A DNA stretch of 64,000 nucleotides from positions 34,844,001 through 34,908,000 of the forward strand of contig NC_091286.1 of assembly GCF_032444005.1 (NCBI RefSeq), read 5' to 3'. Positions 25,156 through 38,112 of the stretch are shown one piece after another (positions within the stretch are counted from its first letter, which is position 1; every line of letters starts with the position of its first letter). Source of the stretch: Ranitomeya imitator (lineage: Eukaryota). A program made the position numbers and the translations under genes. The notes beneath the pieces were generated by a model that ran no database searches, was not told where the DNA came from, and saw only the letters and a list, made by a program, of their open reading frames with translations.

Positions 25156-26693
25156 TTGGGCAAAGGCTCACCAGAAAAAACAGAACGGTTGGTTATAATG
25201 TCACGAAGCAAGGTTTAGGAAGACAGGAGATTAGGAATCTGGGCCCCTGGACTGCCCCTCAGACTAGGGGTAGCCCTGGCAGAAACTGCATTAACCCCCA
25301 ATGACCAGAAAGGAAAAAAGGTTTAAATCAGAGGGAAACCAGATCTGCCACAGATCCAAACATGGATCGTGACACACCATGTGCACAAACACTTTCCTGG
25401 AGTCCTTCCTCTCCAGACTCTCAGCACTGCTGCCTATGGAGGTCAGCTACTTAAGCTCCAGACCATGTGACCGAGCACATCACTGTGACATCACACAGGT
25501 CCTGTCAGCACACGGTGGTGCCGGCTCTGCAGGTGGAGATAAGGTGGACACCCTCCCACCCACTCTCTCCACATAAACCAGCCCATTTATGGAACTTTAA
25601 CTTAAGCCTCACAACACTTTAGTGTGCTGGAGGAAAATACTCTGGCTTTATATCACTGACGCCATTAAGTGTAGTGACACATATCTCCAGTACTTTACCA
25701 GTTACAGAGTGCTACTTTATTTGTTAGCTAGACCCTGAATGAATCTCAGCCAGAAATCCATTAACATACCAACACATTATTCCGATAATTTCAGGGTGGA
25801 CTTCCCCTTTAAATATCACATGGACAATTAACGGTGGAAAGTTTACAAGTTGTAATTCGCAGACAAAAATCACATATTTGCAGAATAATTCTCTCCCTAC
25901 ACATCTATTTCCACCTGTTTTACTTGGGAAGCCTTCAGGCGGCTCGTTCTTGGATTTTTCCTGCTCCCGCTGTTAACGCCGCGATCAGAGAGAAACTTTC
26001 AGAGTCACATTAAGAATGAAACGCTGCAAATATTCCGGTGAAGGTTATCACAACAAGGACGGCAGATGGGAACATCGAGATGTTTGTTTTCTCAGTAGAC
26101 GCCAAAGTCACAACAAGAGGAAATCAGGACGACGAAAAGGCCCCAGGTGGAGGACGGCGCACACATCTGTGCTGTGCATATCGGCGGTATGGCATCCACG
26201 GAAATATATGGGCCTACACGAAAACTCTGCTGGGGAGATATTCATGGGGGTAAAGTCTACTTAGACCAGGCAATGATCCCTGGGAAAAGGCTATGCTAAG
26301 AGACTCTTCAAAGAGGCAGAGACCCGGCTCTCTAGTGCCACCTATAGGGCATAGCAATCCTAAATGTCAGTATTGACCATGTGCCCCCATGGTGATGCTC
26401 ACCCTACTGTGAGAGTGCACCATCGCTACATGGAGCGGGCTCAGCACCTGAGCATAGTCTGTACAGTGCATGTGCCAGCCGTGTTCTACAGATGGCACCT
26501 GAGTAGGTGGCTCATCCCTCGCGGCTGTTCGACAGCCGCAACACATGCAGGGATTTCCTGATTGTTAGCCAGTCCCTGCATGTGTTGCAGCTGTCGAACA
26601 GCCACGATACATGCAGCCGCGTGGACTCGAACACATTATTCAATCACTCAAGCATGCTTAGATAACACCTTATCCGAGCACATTCGCTCATCA

Positions 26694-28824
26694 CATAGTA
26701 ACATAGTTACATAGTAACATAGTTAGTAAGGCCGAAAAAAGACATTTGTCCATCCAGTTCAGCCTATATTCCATCATAATAAATCCCCAGATCTACGTCC
26801 TTCTACAGAACCTAATAATTGTATGATACAATATTGTTCTGCTCCAGGAAGACATCCAGGCCTCTCTTGAACCCCTCGACTGAGTTCGCCATCACCACCT
26901 CCTCAGGCAAGCAATTCCAGATTCTCACTGCCCTAACAGTAAAGAATCCTCTTCTATGTTGGTGGAAAAACCTTCTCTCCTCCAGACGCAAAGAATGCCC
27001 TCTTGTGCCCGTCACCTTCCTTGGTATAAACAGATCCTCGGTGAGATATTTGTATTGTCCCCTTATATACTTATACATGGTTATTAGATCGCCCCTCAGT
27101 TGTCTTTTTTCTAGACTAAATAATCCTAATTTCGCTAATCTATCTGGGTATTGTAGTTCTCCCATCCCCTTTATTAATTTTGTTGCCCTCCTTTGTACTC
27201 TCTCTAGTTCCATTATATCATTCCTGAGCACCGGTGCCCAAAACTGGACACAGTACTCCATGTGCGGTCTAACTAGGGATTTGTACAGAGGCAGTATAAT
27301 GCTCTCATCATGTGTATCCAGACCTCTTTTAATGCACCCCATGATCCTGTTTGCCTTGGCAGCTGCTGCCTGGCACTGGCTGCTCCAGGTAAGTTTATCA
27401 TTAACTAGGATCCCCAAGTCCTTCTCCCTGTCAGATTTACCCAGTGGTTTCCCGTTCAGTGTGTAATGGTGATATTGATTCCTTCTTCCCATGTGTATAA
27501 CCTTACATTTATCATTGTTAAACCTCATCTACCACCTTTCAGCCCAAGTTTCCAACTTATCCAGATCCATCTGTAGCAGAATACTATCTTCTCTTGTATT
27601 AACTGCTTTACATAGTTTTGTATCATCTGCAAATATCGATATTTTACTGTGTAAACCTTCTACCAGATCATTAATGAATATGTTGAAGAGAACAGGTCCC
27701 AATACTGACCCCTGCGGTACCCCACTGGTCACAGCGACCCAGTTAGAGACTATACCATTTATAACCACCCTCTGCTTTCTATCACTAAGCCAGTTACTAA
27801 CCCATTTACACACAATTTCCCCCAGACCAAGCATTCTCATTTTGTGTACCAACCTCTTGTGCGGCACGGTATCAAACGCTTTGGAAAAATCGAGATATAC
27901 CACGTCCAATGACTCACCGTGGTCCAGCCTATAGCTTACCTCTTCATAAAAACTGATTAGATTGGTTTGACAGGAGCGATTTCTCATAAACCCATGCTGA
28001 TATGGAGTTAAACAGTTATTCTCATTGAGATAATCCAGAATAACATCCCTCAGAAACCCTTCAAATATTTTACCAACAATAGAGGTTAGACTTACTGGCC
28101 TATAATTTCCAGGTTCACTTTTAGAGCCCTTTTTGAATATTGGCACCACATTTGCTATGCGCCAGTCCTGCGGAACAGACCCTGTCGCTATAGAGTCCCT
28201 AAAAATAAGAAATAATGGTTTATCTATTACATTACTTAGTTCTCTTAGTACTCGTGGGTGTATGCCATCCGGACCTGGAGATTTATCTATTTTAATCTTA
28301 TTTAGCCGGTTTCGCACCTCTTCTTGGGTTAGATTGGTGACCCTTAATATAGGGTTTTCATTGTTTCTTGGGATTTCACCTAGCATTTCATTTTCCACCG
28401 TGAATACCGTGGAGAAGAAGGTGTTTAATATGTTAGCTTTTTCCTCGTCATCTGCAACCATTCTTTCCTCACTATTTTTTAAGGGGCCTACATTTTCAGT
28501 TTTTATTCTTTTACTATTGATCTAGTTGAAGAACAGTTTGGGATTAGTTTTACTCTCCTTAGCAATGTGCTTCTCTGTTTCCTTTTTGGCAGCTTTAATT
28601 AGTTTTTTAGACAAAGTATTTTTCTCCCTATAGTTTTTTAGAGCTTCAATGGTGCCATCCTGCTTTAGTAGTGCAAATGCTTTCTTTTTACTGTTAATTG
28701 CCTGTCTTACTTCTTTGTTTAGCCACATTGGGTTTTTCCTATTTCTAGTCCTTTTATTCCCACAAGGTATAAACCGCTTACACTGCCTATTTAGGATGTT
28801 CTTAAACATTTTCCATTTTCCATT
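26694..28824 (-). mobile_element. 5'-truncated CR1-clade LINE (RT domain plus C-terminus)
   Basis: [65 protein letters not shown]; one reading frame with two TAG stops (28522-24, 27529-31); 3' tail of 8-nt units (+ strand catagtaa/catagtta). Confidence 0.96.
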
Positions 28825-28904
28825 TCACTATTATTGAAATATTGAGGGTATAAACCCAAAACGGATAGAGACAAATAAAATAGATAATATAAGTGTCAAA
28901 TAAA

Positions 28905-28910
28905 TTTATT
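28905..28910 (-). terminator. Candidate TATDN3 polyadenylation signal AATAAA
   Basis: tttatt on the + strand ~550 bp downstream of the stop, followed by a T-rich tract on the minus strand. Confidence 0.5.
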
Positions 28911-29459
28911 AAAAAAAACAGATCACAGAACCTGACATTACACAGCTCACACTGACGTCCTTTCGTTTCATTACACACAATCATAGACATAAATAACCAA
29001 ATACACTTTTTAAAGAGGGGGTCCAAAACTGCAAAATTAATAGCTAATCAATATCAGATTGGTGGGGGTCCGATAGCCGGTAGTACCGGTACAGCACCGA
29101 TGAGCTGATTGCAGCTTAGAGTTGCAATACCAGACACAGCCACTACAAAGTACATGGCGCTGTGTCAAGAAAACAATGACGCTAACGCGGCCTCCTCGAT
29201 CAGCTGATCGTCTGATTCCAATCACTCTGATATTGGTGGCCTGTTATATTCCTGGAAAAGTCAGGCGGCTGTATAAATTGGAAATGGATTGGACCGTAGT
29301 GCTTGGACTGGCCGGTGGCTCTCCCGACCCAAGAGTGAGAGCGGCATAGAAATACATGAAGCTGTCAGTCTTGGGTGATGAGAGCCGCCGGCCAGTCCGT
29401 GCACAATGTTATAATCTCGTTCCGATTTTTACGACCGTCTGATTGTGCCCTTATACATA

Positions 29460-29603
29460 TCATTCATTCAGCTTGAAACGAATCTTTGGGAAAAGCCGGA
29501 AAGCATTATGGGCAGTCGCCTCGCAGACTGTGTCGGATGAAAGGCCCTTCACGCGAGCAATGTATTCGCAGGGGATGAAGATGTTGGATGGTGTATTCCT
29601 TTC
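29460..29603 (-). CDS. TATDN3: TATDN3 exon 10 (terminal, includes stop)
   Basis: ttttag| acceptor; ERNTPSNIFIPCEYIARVKGLSSDTVCEATAHNAFRLFPKIRFKLNE*, versus human VRNEPWNISISAEYIAQVKG...ALKLFPKL. Confidence 0.93.
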   Translation of the reverse strand, partial: ERNTPSNIFIPCEYIARVKGLSSDTVCEATAHNAFRLFPKIRFKLNE

Positions 29604-30624
29604 CTAAAATGTAGAGCATGATGGCATTAGGAATAAATGTATCACTAAAGGCTCATAATAACCGACAAATGAGCAATCAAAAGAAAGAGATCAAACAAGC
29701 TTCATTTACAGAAAAATAAAAAAGTTTCAGGACCGAGAAAATGAAGACACAATTTTTTTTTTTTAATTTAGCGATTTTGTAGCAACTAAAAAACTAAATA
29801 AAAAATAAATACATTGGGTATCACTGTTATCCTACTGACCTGGAGAACCATTAGGTCAATGAACGCCATAAAAACACAATCCCCAAAAATCAATGGTGGA
29901 ATTGCGATGTTTTTTTTCACCATTTTTTTTTCAGTATATTACAACCAAAATTATTATTATTAGCGACTTGAATAATAAAGAAAATTTTACAATACATTGG
30001 TTTTGCTGCAATCATTCTGACTTGGAGAATTCTGTTACCATTTTTAATTTTTTTTTACATCACCAATGAACGCCTTAAAAACAAATAATAAAAATAAATG
30101 AATAATAGCGGAACTGCGGAAACTTTGAATTTTTTTGCTGTTTTCCATACATTATATAGTTAAATTCATGGTGTCAATCAAAACTGCAACTCGTCCCCTC
30201 CCCTCCCACCCCAGCCCCCCAAAAGCCTTTAAATGGCGACCTCAATGGAAAAATAAAGTTATGGCTTTTGGAAGTAGGGGAAGAAAAAAAAAAGAAAAAT
30301 GTCCGGATTATGAAAGAATTAAACGAGCATCAATCTACAAGTGTATAGCTTATCGAAGCTCGTTTATAAGCAGAAATCGGACACTTTAAGTGAGTATTAT
30401 GTGTGAGAGAACTGGTCAAGTAGCAATCCCTGAATATAATGGTACTTTTCTAATTTCTCCTGGCACCATATAATACTCCAAGACGTCCAGGGAAGACTTA
30501 AGGTTTCCTTCCATTGCCTGTCACATATACATCCTCTATACCTCCACTCATGGTCGATGTATCCTCCGCTCTGTAGTGTCACTTCTGCATCTATGTACAC
30601 AGCAGCTACGGTCTTCTTCATACC

Positions 30625-31260
30625 TATCACGACACAGCTGTCGGGTGACCTGGGACCAGGGGCTCCTTCCCTGTCTCTAACACAAGGGGGCGCCCTAGCT
30701 TGCCCTATTTCCTGGGTTACTTCTGAAGGTGAAGATGCCGGCGCCTCCACCCTTGCCTTATCTCCTGAGTTAGCCCTCTGTCTGTTCTCTTCCCCCATCC
30801 AGGGAAGAGAAGCACTACTGTGCACAAAAAAAGGTTAACAGAAAACTCCAGACATACAAACTATTCACTCACATATAACAGAGGAATGCATCGGGGCGTG
30901 GAGGTAGGGGTATAAACCAAAATAGAGGAGGATAGGAAATTACCAAACATACAAACCAAGCAACAGTCACAGATAACTCCTCCAACTCTCCTCATATATG
31001 CTTCTCTCCCACCATTAGCCATGGAGCAAATGCTAGCTCTGACAAGGATTTGTACCAGAGCCCAGATTATAAAGGGGAAAGGAGTGGATCTCTGAGCTCA
31101 GCAGTGAGCACAGGGATTTCCAACATGGTCAATTAACTCCTGTTCTGCCAGAAGGAATAAACACATTTTAAAGGAGAAGTGCTTCTTCTCAGCACCGGAA
31201 TAGGAGCAATCAGACGCTGCGATCTTCTGGCTCCACACTGTCGCGGTAACCCCCGTGACA
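30625..31260 (-). mobile_element. Solo LTR (636 bp), Gypsy-type
   Basis: Termini TA(G)TCACG ... CGTGACA; 5-bp TSD ATACC (30620-24) / GTACC (31261-65); orientation inferred from base-composition similarity to the 22.6-kb element's LTR. Confidence 0.8.
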
Positions 31261-31264
31261 GTAC

Positions 31265-31345
31265 CTGTTTGTCTGGTCCGAGAGCCGGTGAATCGGTCTC
31301 CAGGCAGATGTTCTCCATTCGGATCCGTTTTATCAGCTTCTCTCT
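31265..31345 (-). CDS. TATDN3: TATDN3 exon 9
   Basis: 81 nt; [27 protein letters not shown] (TatD CLETDSP motif); ttccag| acceptor; donor CAG|GTACTG abuts a solo LTR. Confidence 0.95.
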
Positions 31346-31949
31346 CTGGAATTTGTGCAAATTCAGAATAAAATCAATTCATTATAATAAAATAATAACA
31401 GAATATTACACATCACAAAGGGTGTCTGAAAACGTATTCACACAGCCAAAACCAAGAGGAGATCCCAGCCCAAAATAGGAAAACGTTTAGGATCTACACC
31501 AGTTTTGGGTAGAAAATACACAACTGGAATACAGATCAGAAACACGATCATCAGTAATTATGGACTCCTGTTATAGTATCCTGCCCCACCATCCCTGAAC
31601 CAATTTCTTCTCATCTTGGAGACCACCTTTAATTAATCTGGAATAATTTGAGTTACCTGATCATTATTTGCAACTGCAGGGGGAAAGGAGAAGAAGTATC
31701 CGGCCTGCACTCCTTCCAACGCAACGGAGGGGCGACCAGCAAAATTGTGCAGTAATACTTTCTCAGCACCTAGAAATCAACAATCAGCACCAAAAATTAA
31801 GTTCAACTTCTTGATAAGGAGACCAAAATGAAAATGCAGGAAATATATAAAGCAGAAGTTTAAAGGGGTAGTCCACTACTGGCCAGCCCCTTCTAAAAAT
31901 GTCAGCAATTAAGAACATTACACCTTATGGACCAGCACCATTCCTGAAA

Positions 31950-33453
31950 TGACGGCACTGTGTTTCCAGAACGGTACCCGAACCCCATTCGAATGGGGGA
32001 CCCGAATATTCGGTGTTTCCCATGCTGTCGTCTGTGTGACAGCGCGAGAAATACCGACTCTGATCAGCGTAAGGTCGTTGCTGCCAGTCAGAGTGCTGCG
32101 GTTCCCACGCTGTCACCTAAGTGCCGGTCACAGGTGTCGGCTGATAAGAGCACTACTTCCATGGATTGCATGATGCGACTGCTCAGCCGTGAATCCAGGA
32201 GACACTGAGCTGAGCGTGAGAACGCAGCTTCAGTGACCAGCGGTGATGTCATTGAGGTTACCGCCGGTCAGAGGCAGCGGATCTCAGGCTCAGCTCAGTG
32301 TCTCCTGGATTCACAGGTGAGCGGTCACATCATGCCACCGCTCAGCCATGCAATCCACATACAGCCTCTTCATGGGACATATTGATTATTGGCAGACAGG
32401 TGAGGAATATGGTGTTTTATTATTTTTAATTTTACTTTTATGAATGGATGAAAGAGGGTGGGGAGTATTTATTTCAATTAAATGACTTTTTTCTGTGTGT
32501 ATCTGTATTTCATTTTCACTATGGGGTTAGTAATGGGGGCGTCTTATAGATGCCTCTCCATTACTAACCCATGGGCTTGATGACAGCTGACAATACAAAT
32601 CGTACATCAACCCCATAAATATTACCCCACTTGCCACCGCACCAGGGCAAGTGGGAAGAGGGGTTGCCAAGCTCCAGAATTGGCGCATCTTATGGAAAGC
32701 TGATGTTCTTAGTCTGTGAGTGTGCCAATATCCATGGCCTTTTCCTAGGCTATTAATATCAGCCCCCAGCTGTCTGTTTAGCCTTTGCTGGTTACTGAAT
32801 ATAGGGTAGGGGGGACCCCACGACAATATTTTTTTGGGGGGTCTCCCCTATAATAACCTGTAAAGGTTAACCAAACAGCTATGAGCTAACATTAATAGCC
32901 TGGGAACCTTTATGAATATTGGCCTGTTTCCAGAACATTAACATCAGCTCTCGGCTGTTGGCTTTCCCTCAGCTGGTTATGAAAATTATGGGGGACCCCA
33001 CACCGTTTTTTTTTCATTTATTTTTTATTTATTAACAAGAACAGTAAGGTCACCTGACTTCATAGTAGTTATTTCTCTAGCTTTGCAAGTGCCAATGCCA
33101 GATTGATGAACGGTCGCGAGTCCGGCACTTGGCATTCCAACATTCATTAGTCCAGCACTCCAGATACCGTGAGACCCGGTGGCTGTGAGTTCAGGTAACA
33201 GAGTTCGTAGCCTCCGGGTCTTCTGGCAGCTGCGAGGCTCAGAAACCTCATGGGAACAAGTGACATTTTAAGGTTACTGGAGTTTAAAGCAGCTGGAATA
33301 CCTGTAGGCTGTGAACTAAGGTTACCTAGGGTGTGTATTTTACTGTAACAGTAGCATGGACTTTAGGAAGAAGTCAGTGTTCGGGGTCCGTGAACAGACA
33401 CGAGGTGTTCGGTATAGACCCTGAACTTCACCATTTGGGTTCGCCAATCACTA
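31950..33453. mobile_element. Degenerate non-autonomous hAT-type element
   Basis: Right TIR GGTTCGCCAATCACTA; internal inverted repeats (~32200 versus ~32290); left end not resolved. Confidence 0.5.
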
Positions 33454-34178
33454 AAGAAGAATTTAGACATCTCGTCTAATTCAATATTGTAATTCAATAG
33501 TTTTTTGCTATGTTCCTACCTTGTTCTTTAAGAAAACTTATAGTTTGCCTTCCTGCGGATCGAGAGTGGACATTTCTGTAAAAAAAAAAATATATATATA
33601 CTTTGAGAAATTGATGGCAATGTTCTTTGAGTTCAACACCTTCCTAAATGCCAGATTCCCTGGCGTTCAGACGATTGAGGAAAAGGCCCCTGTAGAATGC
33701 CATCTATAAGAAGTAAGGTGGCTTATCCCCTTTATCCGCTTTATGGTTCCAGAGATACGGACCTTTTTATTTAGTGCTACGTGTGCTATTCTTTACCATG
33801 GGGGTGTGGCTCAGGATCCTCTGGGGCGTGTCTTCAGGTTGCTCTGCATAATTATCTTGTTAGACACGCCCCCTTCTAAAGACCATAAAATTAGAACTAA
33901 ATAAATAAGTCCGACATCTTTGGAACCTTATGGAGGATATAAGAACAACATCAAAAAGCACAAAACACTCAGGGGAGCAGTGGGAATAGAAGAGGGGCAA
34001 AAACTGTTAACCGGTCTCCTTTAAGTGACCTTACGCAGAGATAGAGCAGATCTTCATTTACCTTTACGGGGGTCACAGAAGCAGCCTAGCACACTTGGAT
34101 GGCTGTTTTGTAACTCCTATAGAAGCGAATTGAGAGACATTTCTTTCAGGGTTGGGGACGCTTGACAGGGCTCACGAC

Positions 34179-34649
34179 TAGGGTTGAGCGACCTTGACTT
34201 TTTTAGGGTCGAGCCGGGTTTCGCGAAACCCGACTATCTCAAAAGTCGAGTCGAGTGAAATCGGCCGATTATGGCGAAAAGTCGAGGATCGACCGAAACA
34301 CGAAACCCAATGCAAAGCCAATGGGAATTTTTTTTTTTTTTTTTTTTTTCCTCTCTCTCTCTCTCTCAAAAGAAAAGCTGGTGTTACACAGTGCAAATAG
34401 CTACAGCGCACAAGCGACAACATGGCGATAGGCGTCCACGCCCCTAAGACCTATGTCATCACTCTGCCCACGCTCCTTCATTGGCTGAAAAAAATGGCGC
34501 CAAGCGCGTCATGCGAAACGCGACTTTGGCGCGAAAGTCGCGTACCGCATGGCCGACCCCACACAGGGATCGGGTCAGGTTTCATGAAACCCGACTTTGC
34601 CAAAAGTCGGCGACTTTTGAAAATGAACGATCCGTTTCGCTCAACCCTA
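34179..34649. mobile_element. hAT MITE
   Basis: TIR TAGGGTTGAGCG ... CGCTCAACCCTA; perfect 8-bp TSD CTCACGAC. Confidence 0.92.
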
Positions 34650-35430
34650 CTCACGACCCCCATTCTGGAGATAAGCAGTGGTCCTAGAGGTGGGGTCTGC
34701 ATTTATGTTGTGGATATGCCATAAATATCTGAGAAGGGGAAAGAAACGCTGTAAAAAGGCAAACTATTAGTACTGGCCCTGCCGTATACTGACACTGGTA
34801 GGTCCAATCGTTTCGCAATGTCCAGTTGTATCTGAAAGACCTTCAGCTGCTCTTCTCGCTCCTTAGAGGTGGGAGTGAGCCAGGGGGTGAAGTCCAGCCC
34901 AATCTGTACAGAAGGAAAACGTCCGGAAATTTGTTAGTGGCACAGATAGTAAATAAATGTGCCTATTTTCCTATTATTTGATATTTGTGGACACTAAGCC
35001 CCCCATTTCAGGCTGGAATGAGGGGGCTGTGGTGCTCTCCTAATCAGTTTACCTATATATCTTCTGCTGACTCTGATCTGTAGAGACGCCAGCTCTTTAG
35101 AAAACAGATGGGGTCTTAGCACTTACTTCCTATGACATGCCGGGTGTACATTGATATAATAAAACTCAGAATGGACCAAGCTTCCTGCTGAATATACTAT
35201 ACCTTTCTTAAAGGAAATGTTCATCTTTACTGGAATTTTAATATATCATATTATATTGGAAAGTTTTGTCTTTTTGTCTCGATAAATAATAAAAAAAATT
35301 AGTTACAAGCAGCCACCACTAGGGGGAGCTCACTGTATATAAATGTATACAGCTTTTGAAGGACTCAAATCTGTATCTATTGAGCTCCCCCTGGTGGCGG
35401 CTACAGACAGCGTGAAATCCCTTGCATGTA

Positions 35431-35750
35431 AGGCTACGTTCAGATTAGCGTTGCGCGCCGCTGCGTCGGCGACGCAACGCACGACGCACGAAAAAACGCG
35501 TGCAAACGCACGCAAAAACGCTGCGTTTTGCGACGCGTGCGTCGTTTTTTGACGAAAATCGGACGCAAGAAAAATGCAACTTGTTGCATTTTCTTGCGTC
35601 CGACGCTAGCGTCAAAAACGACGCACGTGTCGGAAAACGCAACAAGAAAAACGCATGCGTCCCCCATGTTAAACATAGGGGCGCATGACGCGTGCGTCGC
35701 CGCTGCGTTTCCCGACGCAGCGTCGGGAAACGCTAATCTGAACGTAGCCT
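35431..35750. mobile_element. Harbinger-like MITE
   Basis: TIR AGGCTACGTTCAGATTAGCG ... CGCTAATCTGAACGTAGCCT. Confidence 0.85.
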
Positions 35751-35816
35751 TAATCAGTGATGCGGGCAATAGTAGGATTTTATAAACGTGAGTACAACTG
35801 ATTATCTCAAAACAAC

Positions 35817-35818
<2 letters not shown>

Positions 35819-35882
<64 letters not shown>
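35819..35882. repeat. (TA)n microsatellite
   Basis: Direct reading. Confidence 0.95.
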
Positions 35883-35884
<2 letters not shown>

Positions 35885-38112
35885 GACTGAATGTGCAAAA
35901 GTGAGTGATTTAACCCTTACTTCTCCGATGCCGACAAGGTGATCCTTGTACTTTTCAAACTGTTCAAGAGCAGGCTCCAGATCCTGCAATCAAAAGAAGA
36001 AAATGAAAGGTATATTCTAAGTATTAGAATATAGAGTTGCAGTAAACAAACAAACAAACATATACGGTAACCTAAGATTGTCTATATAGATGTATTCAAA
36101 CTGTGCAATCAAACTGGAAAATCGTGATAACTGCAAAATGTTTTCCAGTGCAGGGCTTGATAGAGAGATACAAAATCAGGGTGTGATTACCTGCAATGTC
36201 GCACTGCGATACCCGTCTGCTGTACTCTGGATAGGGTGCACGCCAAAACATGGCATCACGTAACTGGGATACCTGGAAAACAGGCACAATGCCTAAATGC
36301 ATCCATTTATGTGCCACTGGGTATGTCATAAATGTGCTACTAAATGGGGGGGCAGCCCGATAGAATTATATGGCGTTGCCACGCTCAGGTTGGCAGTCCC
36401 GCGGCCACTCTGTGCATTGTGGTCTGTGCTTGGACGTCTGCATGAGCCCTTACTGAGCCGCATTCTCGAGGTAAGGTGCCACATCTCTCACATAGTTATA
36501 TATAGGAGATAAGAATATCCCTTTAAGGGCTGGTGCAAACATTTCTGAAATCTCACGCACATTCTGCTGCAGAACAGCAGCGCGTCAATTCGTTCTGCAT
36601 TTTCGCAACGTTTTTCACCCATTCAAGTGAATGATGGGGAAAAAAAAAAAAAACGCATAAAAAACGCCCCTCTTTTAAGCAGCATGCTTTCGGTGCAGAA
36701 ACGTGCGTTGCAAAAACTTAACAAGTGCACGTACTCAAAGCGTTTTTTTTCACATTTGGAGAATGTCAATTTTTTCAGCATTTTTCACCAGTTCAAATAA
36801 ATGGGAAAGAAATGCAAGTGAAAACACATAAAAAGCTGAAAAAATGCACGTATTTTACGCACAAAACAACAGGCGCAAATACTGAACCTAGTCTATGTGT
36901 ATCAGCAGCTACAATGTATCACTGAAGGCAAAATGTATCAGTCTCCATCGCAAATGATTCAATCACTGGAGTTTGTCTCCACCAGATACAATTGTAGCAG
37001 CTGTGACCAGTATTCGGGCATGTTCCCTACTCTGCCGCACTGTTATGTCACGTGAACGCTGCAGCCAATCAGTCGCCAATGGGCTGCAATTCTCACACTT
37101 CCCTTGGACATGCGAGATTGACCAGAAGTAGAACTGCAGCCCATTAGTGACTGATTGGCTGCAGCGCTGATGTGACATAACAATATCACTCAAGTATTGA
37201 TAGAGTGGGGCCAATGCGAGAGGTATAAGCTTTTCTTCTTTTGCTCGAGGGGCTCGGACATTTAAGAAGGGGTTTTCCAAGTAGTGAACAATCCCTTTAA
37301 AGGTTTTTTCCTATCTTTAAAAATATATATTAGTGCAAGTAATGCCTTTTTAAAATTTCCAGCCGTGATTGAGATATTACCGCGTTTCTTTTGTTTACAG
37401 TCCGTTGCCTTAGAGACCGACCGCCGCATCGATGCTAGACAGCAGAACATGCGCAGCGCTTACAAGCTGTTGTCTCTTGATCTTGTAAGTGCTATTTTGA
37501 TACCGGTCAGGATTACAGGAGCGCACTGCTACTTCATAATCCTGGCCAGCTTTAGTACAGAGTTTACAAGACAGACAGTAAGCAGTAAGCAGTGGTCGGT
37601 CTCCTAGGCAACATTCTGTAAACAAAAGAAATGCGTTCATATCTAAAAAAAAAAAGGCTGCAAATTTTAATAAGCGGTAAATTGCAAAAGTGTTTTTACA
37701 AGCCCTGTCCGACACTATCCGTCTATGAAGACGGTGAACGTTATAAAATATAAAGTTTTACTTTCTAATATTAGAAACAAACCTCTCTGATAGATGTAGG
37801 AGACTTTCCAACTCTCCGGCGCGTTCTGTAACCGATACGAGCGCCCGAACTCCTCCCTGGAAAATACAGCAATGCCGTAAAATACAATGGATTTAGGCAT
37901 TTAGAGGGGGTTTCTATAATTAAGTAAACAAATGTCATTTTTTTTTTGTATATTTCAGGAGGTACCGTATATCATTTTTCAGTTTAATTTATATATCAAT
38001 TCCTCGCCATTTTCTCGGTGTGCTGTGACTTAATGGAAACCTATATTCTTTGGAGAAATTCATCGAAACTGTTTTTTCCTGAGTCATGATTAAAGGTCTG
38101 CAGCATTCTTAA

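Larger units (their letters stand above)
22625..25374 (-). mobile_element. Non-autonomous Ty3/Gypsy (sushi-like) LTR retrotransposon: gag-protease-integrase C-terminus; RT/RNaseH absent
   Basis: TG...CA LTRs at 22625-23242 and 25199-25374; perfect 5-bp TSD CACCA; PPT GAAAGGGGGATAC next to the 3' LTR; gag with CX2CX4HX4C knuckle; DSGA protease; GPY/F-type motif. Confidence 0.93.

Noticed and set aside
26819-28525. Plus-strand ORFs of 130-215 aa
   Set aside because: Antisense shadows of the CR1 ORF2 frame
10872-31265. Both repeat-affected donors (FLVCR1 exon 1 and TATDN3 exon 9) read CAG|GTACTG
   Set aside because: Different origins (junction amplification versus LTR terminus); two cases of a common 9-mer are best treated as coincidence
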